NCBI GenBank assembly: GCA_044220955.1
Contig: JBGAQA010000002.1
Location: 96,001-160,000 of the forward strand
Source of the DNA: Sandaracinaceae bacterium
Lineage (GTDB): Bacteria; Myxococcota_A; Polyangia; Polyangiales; Sandaracinaceae
Length of the DNA stretch: 64,000 bases
Reading direction: 5' to 3'
Both the position numbers and the translations under genes were made by a program. Positions 9,009 through 18,553 of this stretch are shown here, in pieces. The notes below the pieces were generated by a model. It saw only the letters and a program-made list of their open reading frames with translations, was not told the DNA's origin and ran no database searches. Position 1 is the stretch's first letter; each line of letters opens with the position of its first letter.

Positions 9009-10979
9009 TCAGCTCTGGCCGTCGCCGGTCGAGTCGAGCACGAAGGGGTAGTTCACGCCGACGACGCCGCCGCCATCGGGCGCGGGGAAGGTCCAGCGAC
9101 GCACCGCCGACACGATGCAGCCCTCGACGCTCGCGTTGCTCAAGGTCGAGCTCATGAGGCCCGAGGACGCCACCGCGCCCGTCTGCGAGATGATGAAGCT
9201 GACCGTCACGCGGCCAGCGAGGTCGGGACGCTGCGAGAGCTCCTGCTCGTAGCAGAAGCGCACCTCGTTGATGTGGCGGCGGATGGTGCGGCGGATGACC
9301 TCGCGCGAGAGCGAGCCGTGCACGTCCGCATCGCCCGTGCGGATGTGCGGGACGTGCCGGGGCGGGCCGCCATGGAAGTCCCCGACGCCGTCGCCGTAGC
9401 CGTTGCCCGGACCGGTGCCCGCGCCGTGGCCGATGGTGCCGAGGCGTCCGAGACCGATCGTCCCGAGGCCAGTGCCGCCGCCCCCGCGGCCGGTGCCGCT
9501 CGGCCCCAGGCCCCCGAAGCCGAAGTTCGCGCCCGTCTGGTCGCCCATGAGGGCGCCGAGCGCGCTCAGCGGGTCCGAGCCGATGGCGGTGTCCGCGCCA
9601 TAGGGCGACGTCGGCGACGAGAAGGCGCCCGCCTGGACGAGCAGGGAGCCGAGCACGCTGGCCGCGTGCTGGGCCTCGTCACGCGCGCGCTCGCGCGCCA
9701 GCTGCGGTTCCGTCGCGTCGCCCTCGATCCCGTAGCGGTGCGTCGTGTGCTCGTTCGCCTCGTCGCCCATCGAGCCGGACTCGTCTGCGGCCGCCTGGCC
9801 CGTCCCGCCCTCGGACTCCGAGGGGTTGCTCTGGTCGACCCAGTCGGGCGGCGGATCGTCGACCGACGCAGGCGGCGTCATCAGGTACTGCACGAGCCGG
9901 TCGTCCGGGCGCACGAGATCGAGCGAGAGCGCGGAGGCGCTCGGCGGCATGAAGTAGAACATCAGCAGGAACGCCGCGTGGACCGCGAGGGAGATGCCCG
10001 TCCAGAGCTGGGCGCGGTAGCTCGTCTCGACCTCCGCGCCGACGCGCCGCCCCGCCGACGTCGCCCTGGTCACGAAGGTGAACCCGTGGAAGCGCACGGT
10101 GGCCGTCGCCCCCTGAGGGAGCACGTACTGCTCGGCCCCGGGGAGCGCCGGGCACGCCGTCAGCTTGCCCGATGCGCGCAGGGCCTCGATCGACTGCGCG
10201 TCCTCGCCGACGCGCACTTCACCCGTCCCGCCCGCGGGGATCACCGCCGCGACGTTGCCGCCCGACTCGACGGTGAGGGGCATCCGATCGCCGCCGAGGG
10301 CCAGGCCGTCGATCACGAAGTCGGGCATCGCGCCCGCGGCGCCAGGCTCACCGATCGTGAAGGCGCGCGGCGGCGAGAGGTGCGCGACGTGGAGCACGCT
10401 GCGCTCGCCCCAGAGGATCACCACCTCGGCCGCGATCGCCATCGTCTCGACGTCGGCGGGGTTCAGCGCGGGGCCGCTCGCGGCGATGCCGTACTCCACC
10501 TCGCCGGCCTCCTCGACCTCGGGTGCCACCGTGATCGGCGCGGCCGGCGCGGCAAAGGGATTCGGGAGGATCGGACGGGGCGCCGCGATCGGCGGCAGGC
10601 CCGCGGCGAACGTCGCCGCCGGTCGCGCGATCTCGGGCGCCGGAGCCGCGGTCGCGGCGCTCGCGGTGGCTCGCGCCACCTCGACGACCACGCGCGCGCC
10701 GCCGAGGACGATCTCGTCGCCGCTCTCGAGCCGGGCCTTGTTCACCTTCTTCCCGTTCACGATCGTGCCCGTGGCCGACCCGAGGTCGATGACGTGCACC
10801 TCGCGCTCGCCCGAGACCTCGATCACCGCGTGCATGCGCGAGACGTTCTCGTCGTCGATGCGCAGGTGGCTCGACGGCAGCTTCCCGATCTTGACGATGT
10901 CCTGTCGAAGCACCTCCGTGCGGACCGGCTCGCCGGGCCGGTGGACGTGGAACGTGAGCGTCGTCTCTGCGTGTGACAT
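9009..10979 (-). CDS. FHA domain + TM + TonB-like (AgmX/PglI) C-terminal domain protein, GltG/PglI-like
   Basis: Likely start MSHAETTLTF. FHA motifs IGK...VSRMHA...DLGSATGT, single TM (ISLAVHAAFLLMFYF), Gly-rich linker, C-terminal IRRHINEVRFCYE...VEGCIVSAVRRWTFPAP...VNYPF. Confidence 0.85.
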   Translation of the reverse strand: MSHAETTLTFHVHRPGEPVRTEVLRQDIVKIGKLPSSHLRIDDENVSRMHAVIEVSGEREVHVIDLGSATGTIVNGKKVNKARLESGDEIVLGGARVVVEVARATASAATAAPAPEIARPAATFAAGLPPIAAPRPILPNPFAAPAAPITVAPEVEEAGEVEYGIAASGPALNPADVETMAIAAEVVILWGERSVLHVAHLSPPRAFTIGEPGAAGAMPDFVIDGLALGGDRMPLTVESGGNVAAVIPAGGTGEVRVGEDAQSIEALRASGKLTACPALPGAEQYVLPQGATATVRFHGFTFVTRATSAGRRVGAEVETSYRAQLWTGISLAVHAAFLLMFYFMPPSASALSLDLVRPDDRLVQYLMTPPASVDDPPPDWVDQSNPSESEGGTGQAAADESGSMGDEANEHTTHRYGIEGDATEPQLARERARDEAQHAASVLGSLLVQAGAFSSPTSPYGADTAIGSDPLSALGALMGDQTGANFGFGGLGPSGTGRGGGGTGLGTIGLGRLGTIGHGAGTGPGNGYGDGVGDFHGGPPRHVPHIRTGDADVHGSLSREVIRRTIRRHINEVRFCYEQELSQRPDLAGRVTVSFIISQTGAVASSGLMSSTLSNASVEGCIVSAVRRWTFPAPDGGGVVGVNYPFVLDSTGDGQS

Positions 10980-11083
10980 GGGCTTCCTCCGGGCGGATCG
11001 GTGCGGCCGCCGCGAGCCCACCTGGGCCCGGACGCCGAACTCTCGGGGCGGGGACGGCTCGCATCCCTCACCCTCGGCGTCAT

Positions 11084-11120
11084 GGACACCGACGTTCCGG
11101 CGAAGTTCCTCGGGAACTTC
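11084..11120 (-). promoter_or_regulatory. Putative ECF (RpoE-type) promoter overlapping an 8-bp perfect inverted repeat
   Basis: Minus strand GGAACTT-N15-GTCC (11109-11084) upstream of the GltG-like gene; palindrome GAAGTTCC-tcg-GGAACTTC at 11102-11120. Confidence 0.45.
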
Positions 11121-11177
11121 TGCGAGGTCCGTCGCGAGCGGCGCTCGTGACTCTGCCCGATGGGGTAAGGTGCGCGG

Positions 11178-12671
11178 ATGCGACGACGCCGTGGCTGGGT
11201 GGCGATCGGGGTGGCCGCCGTCCTGGCGCTCGCGGTGTGGGCGTGGCGCCGGTCGATCCCGGACGGGTTCGTGGTCGAGGTGCGCGCCCGGGACGACGGA
11301 ACCGCCCTCGTGGTGCTGCGCCACAACGAGGACAGCGGTCCGGCGCGGTACTGGCTGGTCCTGCTCGGCCGCGACGGCGATGCGAGGGGCTGGGCCGCGC
11401 TCGACGCCGAGATCGAGACGAGCTCGGGCTCGCCGACGCTGGCGCTCGACGGCGACGTCGTGATGGTGCGCGGGATCGCCGCCGGTCGCGACGTGGTCGA
11501 GGCCTACGCGCTGCCCTCGCTGACGCCCGGCTGGCGGACCGACCTCGGCGCGGTGCTGGCCGGGCGCATGGTGCCCGACCTGGGCCTCTACCTCGCGGGC
11601 GAGCAGCTCTACGCACCGCGCGATCTCGGTGATGGGGACGGCCAGGCCGCAGGCTCGGTCGTGGTGGCGCTCGATCCGGCCTCGGGCGCCGAGCGATGGC
11701 GGGCGGAGCTCCCCGTGGAGGTCATGGGCGTCTCGGCGCCGCGGATCATCGGCGCGAGCGTCGTGTTCGTCGCCGGCGGCGGATCGGTCGCGCTCGAGCG
11801 CGAGACCGGCAGCGTCGTGCGGCGGTTCGACCTGGGTGGGCTGGCCTGCGCGTCGTCCACGGGTCGCGTCGCGTCGATGTCGGCCGAGGGCTTCGTCGAG
11901 GCGGTGCCCGGATCGTCCGATCGCCTCCTCTTGCCGCGCGCCGAGATCCAGGCGCACGCCCCCGACGGCGTCGGCGCCGGGCACCGCTGCGGCAGTCGCG
12001 ACGGGCGTCACGTCTTCACGCCGATCTCGTTCGCCTGGACGGGCCTGGTCGGGGTCGACGAGGCGGGGACGCGCCCCGCGTGGTGGCTGACCCTCCCGTC
12101 GCTGAACTTCCAGGAGATCGTCCAGGGACGGCCCACCTTCCGCTGGCCCGAGCAGACGCCGCTCACCGGCTCCCTGACGCGCTACGTGCCGTTCGTCGTC
12201 GAGCCGGCCGAGCCGGTGGACGAGCCGACCGGCACGCCTTGCTTCCTCGCCGTGGCCGACCTCGACGCGCACCGGCTCGTCTCGCTCTCGGCCGGATCGC
12301 CCATGCTGCTGCACTACGGCATCGTCACGGTCGACGGCCGTCACTACGTCGCGACCTCGAGCGAGATCGCCGTCGTGGACGGCGCCACGGGTGAGCTGGG
12401 CGCGGCCGTGCACGTCGAGGGCTGGAACCGGGAGTGGGTCGCGCCGACCGTGGTCGCCGGTGGGCGTCTCTGGCTGGTGGGGAGCGACTGGGCGGGCGTG
12501 CACGAGCTGCCGGTGGCGATCCTCGACGCCACCACGCTGGCGCCGATCACGGTGCGCGGAGAGATCTCGGTCGCCCAGAACCTCGACGCGGCGCGCGCCC
12601 GGCTGCTCGGCCCCGCCCCTCCGGAGGCGCCGCCCGGCACGCTCGGGTCCTCGCCGGCCGCGATGCCCTGA
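11178..12671 (+). CDS. Membrane-anchored PQQ-like beta-propeller protein
   Basis: N-terminal TM; repeated motifs VVALDPASGAERWR, VALERETGSVV, AVVDGATGEL. Confidence 0.7.
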   Translation: MRRRRGWVAIGVAAVLALAVWAWRRSIPDGFVVEVRARDDGTALVVLRHNEDSGPARYWLVLLGRDGDARGWAALDAEIETSSGSPTLALDGDVVMVRGIAAGRDVVEAYALPSLTPGWRTDLGAVLAGRMVPDLGLYLAGEQLYAPRDLGDGDGQAAGSVVVALDPASGAERWRAELPVEVMGVSAPRIIGASVVFVAGGGSVALERETGSVVRRFDLGGLACASSTGRVASMSAEGFVEAVPGSSDRLLLPRAEIQAHAPDGVGAGHRCGSRDGRHVFTPISFAWTGLVGVDEAGTRPAWWLTLPSLNFQEIVQGRPTFRWPEQTPLTGSLTRYVPFVVEPAEPVDEPTGTPCFLAVADLDAHRLVSLSAGSPMLLHYGIVTVDGRHYVATSSEIAVVDGATGELGAAVHVEGWNREWVAPTVVAGGRLWLVGSDWAGVHELPVAILDATTLAPITVRGEISVAQNLDAARARLLGPAPPEAPPGTLGSSPAAMP

Positions 12672-12692
12672 GCGCGAGGGGCGGCGTCCGCG

Positions 12693-12989
12693 TCACCACG
12701 TCGTCCAGCGCCAGACGCCGGGCACGAGCGTGGCGCGCGCGGTGCACCCGGCGCCGCTCTCCGAGAAGCGGTACGGGCGCGGACAGGCGCGACGATCCTC
12801 CGACATGCGGCAGACGTGCGTCACGTCCGCGATCTGACCGTAGTGGCCCCCGGCCCCTTCGCAGATCTCGCGGTACGACACGCACGCGCCGCGCAGCCCG
12901 AGCAGCGGACCGGCGAACACGAGGAGGAAGAGCCCGAGCGTGCGCAGCGAGCGCTGCCTGGACGTGAGCTCGGGCTTCGTGTCGGCCAT
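12693..12989 (-). CDS. Small membrane protein with Cys-containing C-terminal part (98 aa)
   Basis: MADTKPELTSRQRSLRTLGLFLLVFAGPLLGL...; AAGGAG Shine-Dalgarno directly after the ABC1 kinase stop. Confidence 0.6.
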   Translation of the reverse strand: MADTKPELTSRQRSLRTLGLFLLVFAGPLLGLRGACVSYREICEGAGGHYGQIADVTHVCRMSEDRRACPRPYRFSESGAGCTARATLVPGVWRWTTW

Positions 12990-13000
12990 CGGATGCTCCT

Positions 13001-14734
13001 TCAGCGCCTGCGGCGCAAGAGGTTCAGGATCGGCGAGAGGCGCAGCGAGAGCCCGCGGCCGAGCCAGTGCCAGAACCAGGTGACGACCCAGCCGGAGATC
13101 GCCGAGACGAAGAACGCCGCGAACAGGGCGATGCGCAGCCACTCGATGGGCGTCTCCCAGCCGGTCGGGACGACGAGGCCCGCGCCGATGCTCATCGAGG
13201 CCGCGAAGATCGAGACCGCGATGCGCGTCGCGCTGTCGTGGATCCGGTCCGGCAGCTGGTCGAGGCTGGGCGTGATCGGGCGGACCTGGAGGTTTCCGGT
13301 CTGGAAGTCGTGGAGGATCTGGTCGACGTGCGTCGGCACCGTGCGGAGCAGCGAGGCCGCGCCGGTCGCGCCGCCGAGCGCGTTCTCGACCATCTTGCCG
13401 GGCTGCCAGCGCTCGGTGAACACGGCCTCGACGTGCGGCCGGATCAGCGGGATCACGTCGAGGTCGGGGTCGAGGGCCCGGACGAGGCCCTCGACGGTGC
13501 CGGCGGCCTTCACGAGGACCGAGTACTCGGTCGCCAGGCGCACGCGGTACTTGCCCACGGCGCGCGCGAACTCCTCGATGAACGCCTGGCTGTCGAAGTC
13601 CGACAGCGCGCTCACCATCACGTGGTCGCTGCGCACGCGTGTGATGTCGGCCTTGAGCTCGGCGATGTCGACGCGCTGCGTGGGCGTGCCGAGCTTGAGG
13701 AGCACGCGCGCGACGGTCGACGCGTCGTTCAGGATGGTCGCGAGCACGAGCGTCACGAGATCCTCGCGTTGCTCGGGGGAGAGCGTGCCGACGAGGCCGA
13801 GATCGATCAGGCAGACCGTGCCGTCCTGCGCGACGAGGATGTTCCCCGCGTGCGGGTCGCCGTGGAAGAAGCCGTCGACGAGCACGCCCTTGCACATCGC
13901 GTGGATGAGCTCGGTCACCGCGGCCCGCGCCTCCGGCGAGCGCGGCACGAGGTCGCGCACCGGCTTGCCCTCGAAGTAGTGCATCGTCAGCACGGTCCGC
14001 GAGCTCAGCTCGGGGATCGGCTCCGGAACGACGACCTTGCGCGCCGGGTCGAGCAGGCGGCGCATCGTGATCAGGCTCGCGAGCTCGCTGGTGAACGAGA
14101 GCTCGCGCAGCAGGCTCTTCTCGAACTCCTGGATGATCGCCGAGGGCTGGATGAGCTTGAGCTCGTCGATGCTCGCCTCGAGCGCGCGGGCCGCGAAGAA
14201 GAGCAGGTCGAGGTCGCCGCGCATCTTGGTGCCGATCCCGGGGCGCTGGACCTTCACGACGACCTTCAGGCCGTCCTTCGTCGTCGCGCGATGCGTCTGG
14301 CCGATGGAGGCCGTCGCGAGCGGCGTCTCGTCGAACGACGCGAAGATCTCCCGGGGCGGATGGCCGAGCGCCTTCTCGATCTGCTCCTCGACCTCGGCCA
14401 GCGTGATGGGGGGCGCCTTGTCTTGGAGCTTGCCGAGCGCCTTGATCCAGTCCGCTGGCAGCAAGTCCGAGCGCATCGAGAGGACCTGGCCGAGCTTGAT
14501 GTAGGTCGGCCCGAGCTCGCCGAGCAGGCGCGCGAAGCGCTCGGCAGCCGTACCCTCGACCTTCGCCGCGACGACGCTCCGCGGGACGAACGGCGAGGCG
14601 AACGGGACCTTGAGCACCAGCTCTCCGAAGCCGTGGCGCATGGCCACCTGCACGACCTCGCGCGCGCGAGCCGCATCGCGGATCGCGACGCCGAGGACCG
14701 ACGTGGTCTCGTCGGCGGTGGAGTCGGCGGCCAT
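13001..14734 (-). CDS. ABC1/AarF/UbiB family atypical kinase
   Basis: LGPTYIKLGQ, PLATASIGQTHRA, VVVKVQRPG, FFHGDPHAGN and IDLGLVG motifs; two C-terminal TMs. Confidence 0.95.
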   Translation of the reverse strand: MAADSTADETTSVLGVAIRDAARAREVVQVAMRHGFGELVLKVPFASPFVPRSVVAAKVEGTAAERFARLLGELGPTYIKLGQVLSMRSDLLPADWIKALGKLQDKAPPITLAEVEEQIEKALGHPPREIFASFDETPLATASIGQTHRATTKDGLKVVVKVQRPGIGTKMRGDLDLLFFAARALEASIDELKLIQPSAIIQEFEKSLLRELSFTSELASLITMRRLLDPARKVVVPEPIPELSSRTVLTMHYFEGKPVRDLVPRSPEARAAVTELIHAMCKGVLVDGFFHGDPHAGNILVAQDGTVCLIDLGLVGTLSPEQREDLVTLVLATILNDASTVARVLLKLGTPTQRVDIAELKADITRVRSDHVMVSALSDFDSQAFIEEFARAVGKYRVRLATEYSVLVKAAGTVEGLVRALDPDLDVIPLIRPHVEAVFTERWQPGKMVENALGGATGAASLLRTVPTHVDQILHDFQTGNLQVRPITPSLDQLPDRIHDSATRIAVSIFAASMSIGAGLVVPTGWETPIEWLRIALFAAFFVSAISGWVVTWFWHWLGRGLSLRLSPILNLLRRRR

Positions 14735-14795
14735 GCGATCCGGACGCTACCACGGCGCGCCCAGGGCCCCGAGATGTGCCAAGCTGATCGCGTCG

Positions 14796-15911
14796 ATGCG
14801 CTCGTTCTCGCTGGTCGCGACGATGTTCTCGCTGATCGCGTGTGCGCGCGCGAACCCGATCCCGCACGGAGACGCGGGCCCGCGGCTCGACGGCGGGCCC
14901 GGCGCCGATGCGTTCGTGCCCGGCGCCGACGCGTTCGTGCCTCCGAACGACGCTTTCGTGCCCGGCGTCGACGCTTTCGTGCCCCCGAACGACGCTTTCG
15001 TGACGGGCACCCGCGCATACCTCGATCGGTGCAGCGCGCCGTCGGACTGCGCGAGCGGCCTCTGCGCGGTCGATCGTGGCGGCTCGCGCTTCTGCTCGCG
15101 CAGCTGCGCGAGCGATCTGCAGTGCGCGCACGAGCACGTCTGTGTCACGAGCGCGAGCGGGGGCGTCTGCCTTCCTGACGACACGGGCGCGCCCTGCTCG
15201 GTCGGCACGCCCGAGACGTGCAACCTCGGGCTCTGCCTCGGGTCCGCCGCGGGGGGCCGCTGCACGCGTGACTGCTCGAGCGCAGCCGACTGCCCGGCGG
15301 GCTACGCATGCTCCCACGTCGCCGGCTCGAGCCGGCGCGTCTGCATCGACATCGAGCAGCCGTGCAGCGGCGCGGCGGACTGCGGCGGCGGGTTCTGCAC
15401 GACCTTCGGCTGCACTGCGCCCTGCGACAGCCCGGCCGACTGCCCGGCGCGCCTGCCCGCGACCTCGACCGCCCCCGCCTTCCCGGCGTACGCGTGCGAC
15501 ACGTCGCTCGGGTCGGCCGTGCCCATCTGCATCCCGCCCGCCGACGTCGTGGGCAGCGTGCCGATCGGAGGCAGCTGCGCCGTGACCAACGCGTGCCGCA
15601 GCGACGCGTGCGACACGAGCGCGCCGCTCGGCGCGATGTGCACGCAGGCCTGCACGGCCCAGGGCGGCTGCGGGCCAGGCCTGGGCTGCACCCCGCTCGT
15701 CGACGGCGCGGACATCCTGCTCGTCTGCGAGCGCGCCGGCTCGGCGGGGCTGACCCAGACGTGCAACCACGGCTACGAGTGCGCGAGCGGCATCTGCGAC
15801 GGGAGCGGCGCCGTCGGCCACTGCACGCGCCTGTGCGCCGACGGCATCTGCCCGACCGGCTACACGTGCCAGTCGATCGCCGGCTTCGGCATCTCGCTCT
15901 GCCGCCCCTGA
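14796..15911 (+). CDS. Cys-rich putative lipoprotein
   Basis: MRSFSLVATMFSLIAC lipobox-like start, DAFVP repeat linker, then many C-x3-C-x4-DC-type repeats. Confidence 0.8.
   Translation: MRSFSLVATMFSLIACARANPIPHGDAGPRLDGGPGADAFVPGADAFVPPNDAFVPGVDAFVPPNDAFVTGTRAYLDRCSAPSDCASGLCAVDRGGSRFCSRSCASDLQCAHEHVCVTSASGGVCLPDDTGAPCSVGTPETCNLGLCLGSAAGGRCTRDCSSAADCPAGYACSHVAGSSRRVCIDIEQPCSGAADCGGGFCTTFGCTAPCDSPADCPARLPATSTAPAFPAYACDTSLGSAVPICIPPADVVGSVPIGGSCAVTNACRSDACDTSAPLGAMCTQACTAQGGCGPGLGCTPLVDGADILLVCERAGSAGLTQTCNHGYECASGICDGSGAVGHCTRLCADGICPTGYTCQSIAGFGISLCRP
14907..15002 (+). repeat. In-frame 21-bp tandem repeat (about 4.5 copies) encoding DAFVP(GA/PN/GV)
   Basis: gatgcgttcgtgcccggcgcc / gacgcgttcgtgcctccgaac / gacgctttcgtgcccggcgtc / gacgctttcgtgcccccgaac / gacgctttcgtg. 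Confidence 0.9.
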
Positions 15912-15954
15912 AACGACGGAGCCCGGTGCGGACCTCCGCGCTATCATCGTGACG

Positions 15955-16773
15955 ATGACGGGTGTGTCCGAGCCGGTCCGCGCGGCGCACGATGCGATGA
16001 AGCGTCACGCGTGGGCCGAGGCGCTCGGGAGCTTCGCGTCGGCCGACGCGGCAGGGGTGCTCTCGCCGCACGACCTGCGCACCTATGCGGACGCGGCGCA
16101 GTGGTGCGCGCGCATGGATCTCGTCGGCGATCTGAACGAGCGCGCCTTCGCCGGGCTCAGCGCAGAGGGTGATCGTGCGCGCGCTGCGGAGGTCGCGCTC
16201 GGGCTCTCGAGCCACCACGTCCACCAGCGCGAGAACGCGATCGCTTCCGGGTGGGTGCGACGCGCCGAGCGCCTGCTCGCCGGCCAGCCGGAGTGCGTCG
16301 CGCACGGACAGCTCGCGTGGACGCGCTCGATGATCGCGCAGTCGAAGGGAGCGCTCGACGAAGCGCTGCGCCATGCGTCCGAGGCGCTCGCGATCGCGGA
16401 GCGCACCGGCGATCGCGACTCGCTGGCGATGGCGCTGCTCCGCCGCGGCCGCGTGCTGGTGAAGCTCGGCAAGGTCGCCGAGGGGATGGCGGACGTGGAC
16501 GAGGCGATGGTCGCGGCGGTGAGCGGCGAGCTCACGCCCTTCGTCACCGGCAGGATCTACTGCGCGACGATCGACGCTTGCCACGACCTCTGCGACTACG
16601 ACCGCGCCGGCGAGTGGACCGAGGCCGCGCGGCGCTGGTGCGAGCGCAAGTCGATCACGGGCTTCCCCGGCATCTGCCGCGTGCACCGCGCGGAGATCCT
16701 CCGACTACGCGGCAACTTCCGCGAGCGCAGCGCCGACGAGCTCTGCGCGGATCTGCGCGCCGCGTCGGCGTAG
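15955..16773 (+). pseudogene. TPR-like N-terminal module of a LuxR-type or adenylate-cyclase-type regulator, apparently C-terminally truncated
   Basis: GWVRRAERLL, DEAMVAAVSGEL, TGRIYC and CRVHRAEILRLRG match a family I recall continuing into more TPRs plus an HTH or cyclase domain; here the ORF stops about 19 aa later. Confidence 0.55.
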
Positions 16774-16855
16774 CCGACACGCCCGCGCCGGTCGGGCCTG
16801 CCCTAAGGTGGCCCCACCGATCACCTCAGTCGGTCCGTCGATGGGGGGGCGTCGT

Positions 16856-16957
16856 CACCCTCACCCTAGCCCTCTCCCACGACGTGGGAGAGGGGAGCGA
16901 GCACGAGAAGCCCTCTCCCCGCTCGCGCGCTCGCGGGGAGAGGGTTGGGTGAGGGTG
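16856..16957. repeat. BoxC/REP-like double palindromic element between convergent genes
   Basis: caccctcaccctagccctctcccac-gac-gtgggagaggg ... ccctctccccgc-N10-gcggggagagggttgggtgagggtg. Two internal hairpins; the two ends are near-perfect inverted copies of each other. Confidence 0.8.
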
Positions 16958-16996
16958 CGAGCCTGCCGGTTGGATCTACACGGTCGAGCTCTGGGG

Positions 16997-18460
16997 TTAG
17001 TCGGCGGAGGAGGACGGCGGAAGGGAGACGCCCGACGCCGAAGCCCTCGTGCGGCGCGCGTCCGCCGGGTAGAAGAAGCTCACGGCGAGCGCCGCGACCC
17101 CGAGCGCGGCGCCCGTCTGGAAGATCGGCGAGAGCCCCGCCGCCAGCGCCAGGCTCACGGCGTCGCTCACGACCTCGGCGCGACGATGCGGATCGAGCAG
17201 CCGCGCGACGGTCTCGGGCGGGAGCCGATCGTCGAGTGCCGCCGCGAACACCGCACCGAGCGCGCCGGCGCCGAGCGCCCCGCCCATCGAGCGGGCGAAG
17301 AGGTTGGTGGCCGTCGCGACGCCGCGCTCGTTCATCTCCACGCTCGACTGCACGGCGAGGATCTGCGCCGTGAGGGTGAAGCCCATGCCGAGTCCGTACA
17401 CGAACATCCCGCCGCGCAGCGCCCACAGGCTCGCGCCCGGGCGCGCGAAGAACGCGACGAGCCCGAGGCCGACGACCACGACGACGGAGCCAGCGATCAC
17501 GGGGACGCGGAAGCCGATGCGCGAGAGCGCCCGGCTCGTCAGCGCGGACGCGATGGGCCAGCCGACGAGCATCGGGGCGATGGTCGCGCCGGCCTCCGGG
17601 GCGCTCGCGCCGAGCACGCCCTGCGCGAAGAGCGGCACGAACATCACGGCCGCCATCATGGCGGCCCCGAGGAGCAGGCTCGACGCCGACGCGACCGCGA
17701 TGCCGCGCCGCAGGACGAGCCCGAGCGGCAGCACCGGGCTCTCTGCGCGTCGCTCGATCCAGAGGAAGAGCGCGCCGAGGCCGAGGCCGAGCGGGAGGGT
17801 CAGCGCCGGCAGCTCGCGCTCGGCGCCGAGCAGGACACAGACGGAGGCGAGCGTCAGGACGAGCGCGCCAGGCCAGTCCACGTGCAAGGCGAGCTTCGGG
17901 CGCTTCGCCTCGTGGTAGCTGCGCATGAGCATCACGATCGCGAGGACTCCGAGCGGCAGGTTGATCCAGAAGACCCAGCGCCAGCCGATGGTGGCGACGA
18001 CGACGCCGCCCACGATCGGTCCGGCGATGCCGCTGATGCCCCACACGCTGCCGAAGAGCGCCTGCACCCTCCCGCGCTCCTCCAGCGTGAAGAGGTCGCC
18101 GACGATCGTCATCGCCACGGGCTGCATCGCGCCGGCCCCGAGGCCCTGCACGCCGCGCGCGACGATCAGCATCGTCATCGACGTGGCCGCGCCGGACGCG
18201 AACGAGCCGAGCGTGAACATCACGATCCCGAAGATCAGCGTCGGCCGCCGCCCGTGGAGATCGGCGAGCTTGCCGTAGAGCGGCATCGTGACGGTCGAGG
18301 CGAGCATGTAGGCCGCGCCGACCCAGCCGTAGCGGTCGATCCCGCCGAGATCCGCGATGACGGTCGGCATCGCCGTGCCGACGACCGTCGCCTCGAGCGC
18401 GCTCATCGCGATCGACGCGAGCAGCGCCAGGACCGTGGAGCGACGCTCGGTGACTGCCAT
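16997..18460 (-). CDS. MFS drug:H+ antiporter (DHA2/14-TM type)
   Basis: LEATVVGTAMPTV, YGKLADLHGRR, RGVQGLGAG, IGWRWVFWINLPLG. Confidence 0.95.
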   Translation of the reverse strand: MAVTERRSTVLALLASIAMSALEATVVGTAMPTVIADLGGIDRYGWVGAAYMLASTVTMPLYGKLADLHGRRPTLIFGIVMFTLGSFASGAATSMTMLIVARGVQGLGAGAMQPVAMTIVGDLFTLEERGRVQALFGSVWGISGIAGPIVGGVVVATIGWRWVFWINLPLGVLAIVMLMRSYHEAKRPKLALHVDWPGALVLTLASVCVLLGAERELPALTLPLGLGLGALFLWIERRAESPVLPLGLVLRRGIAVASASSLLLGAAMMAAVMFVPLFAQGVLGASAPEAGATIAPMLVGWPIASALTSRALSRIGFRVPVIAGSVVVVVGLGLVAFFARPGASLWALRGGMFVYGLGMGFTLTAQILAVQSSVEMNERGVATATNLFARSMGGALGAGALGAVFAAALDDRLPPETVARLLDPHRRAEVVSDAVSLALAAGLSPIFQTGAALGVAALAVSFFYPADARRTRASASGVSLPPSSSAD

Positions 18461-18553
18461 CCGCGAGGCGCCATCGTGGAGCCCCCGCGCGGCCGGTCAA
18501 GGACGCGAGCGCCGATCGCCGCGGGCCATCGCACTTTCGGGCATCATCGGGGG

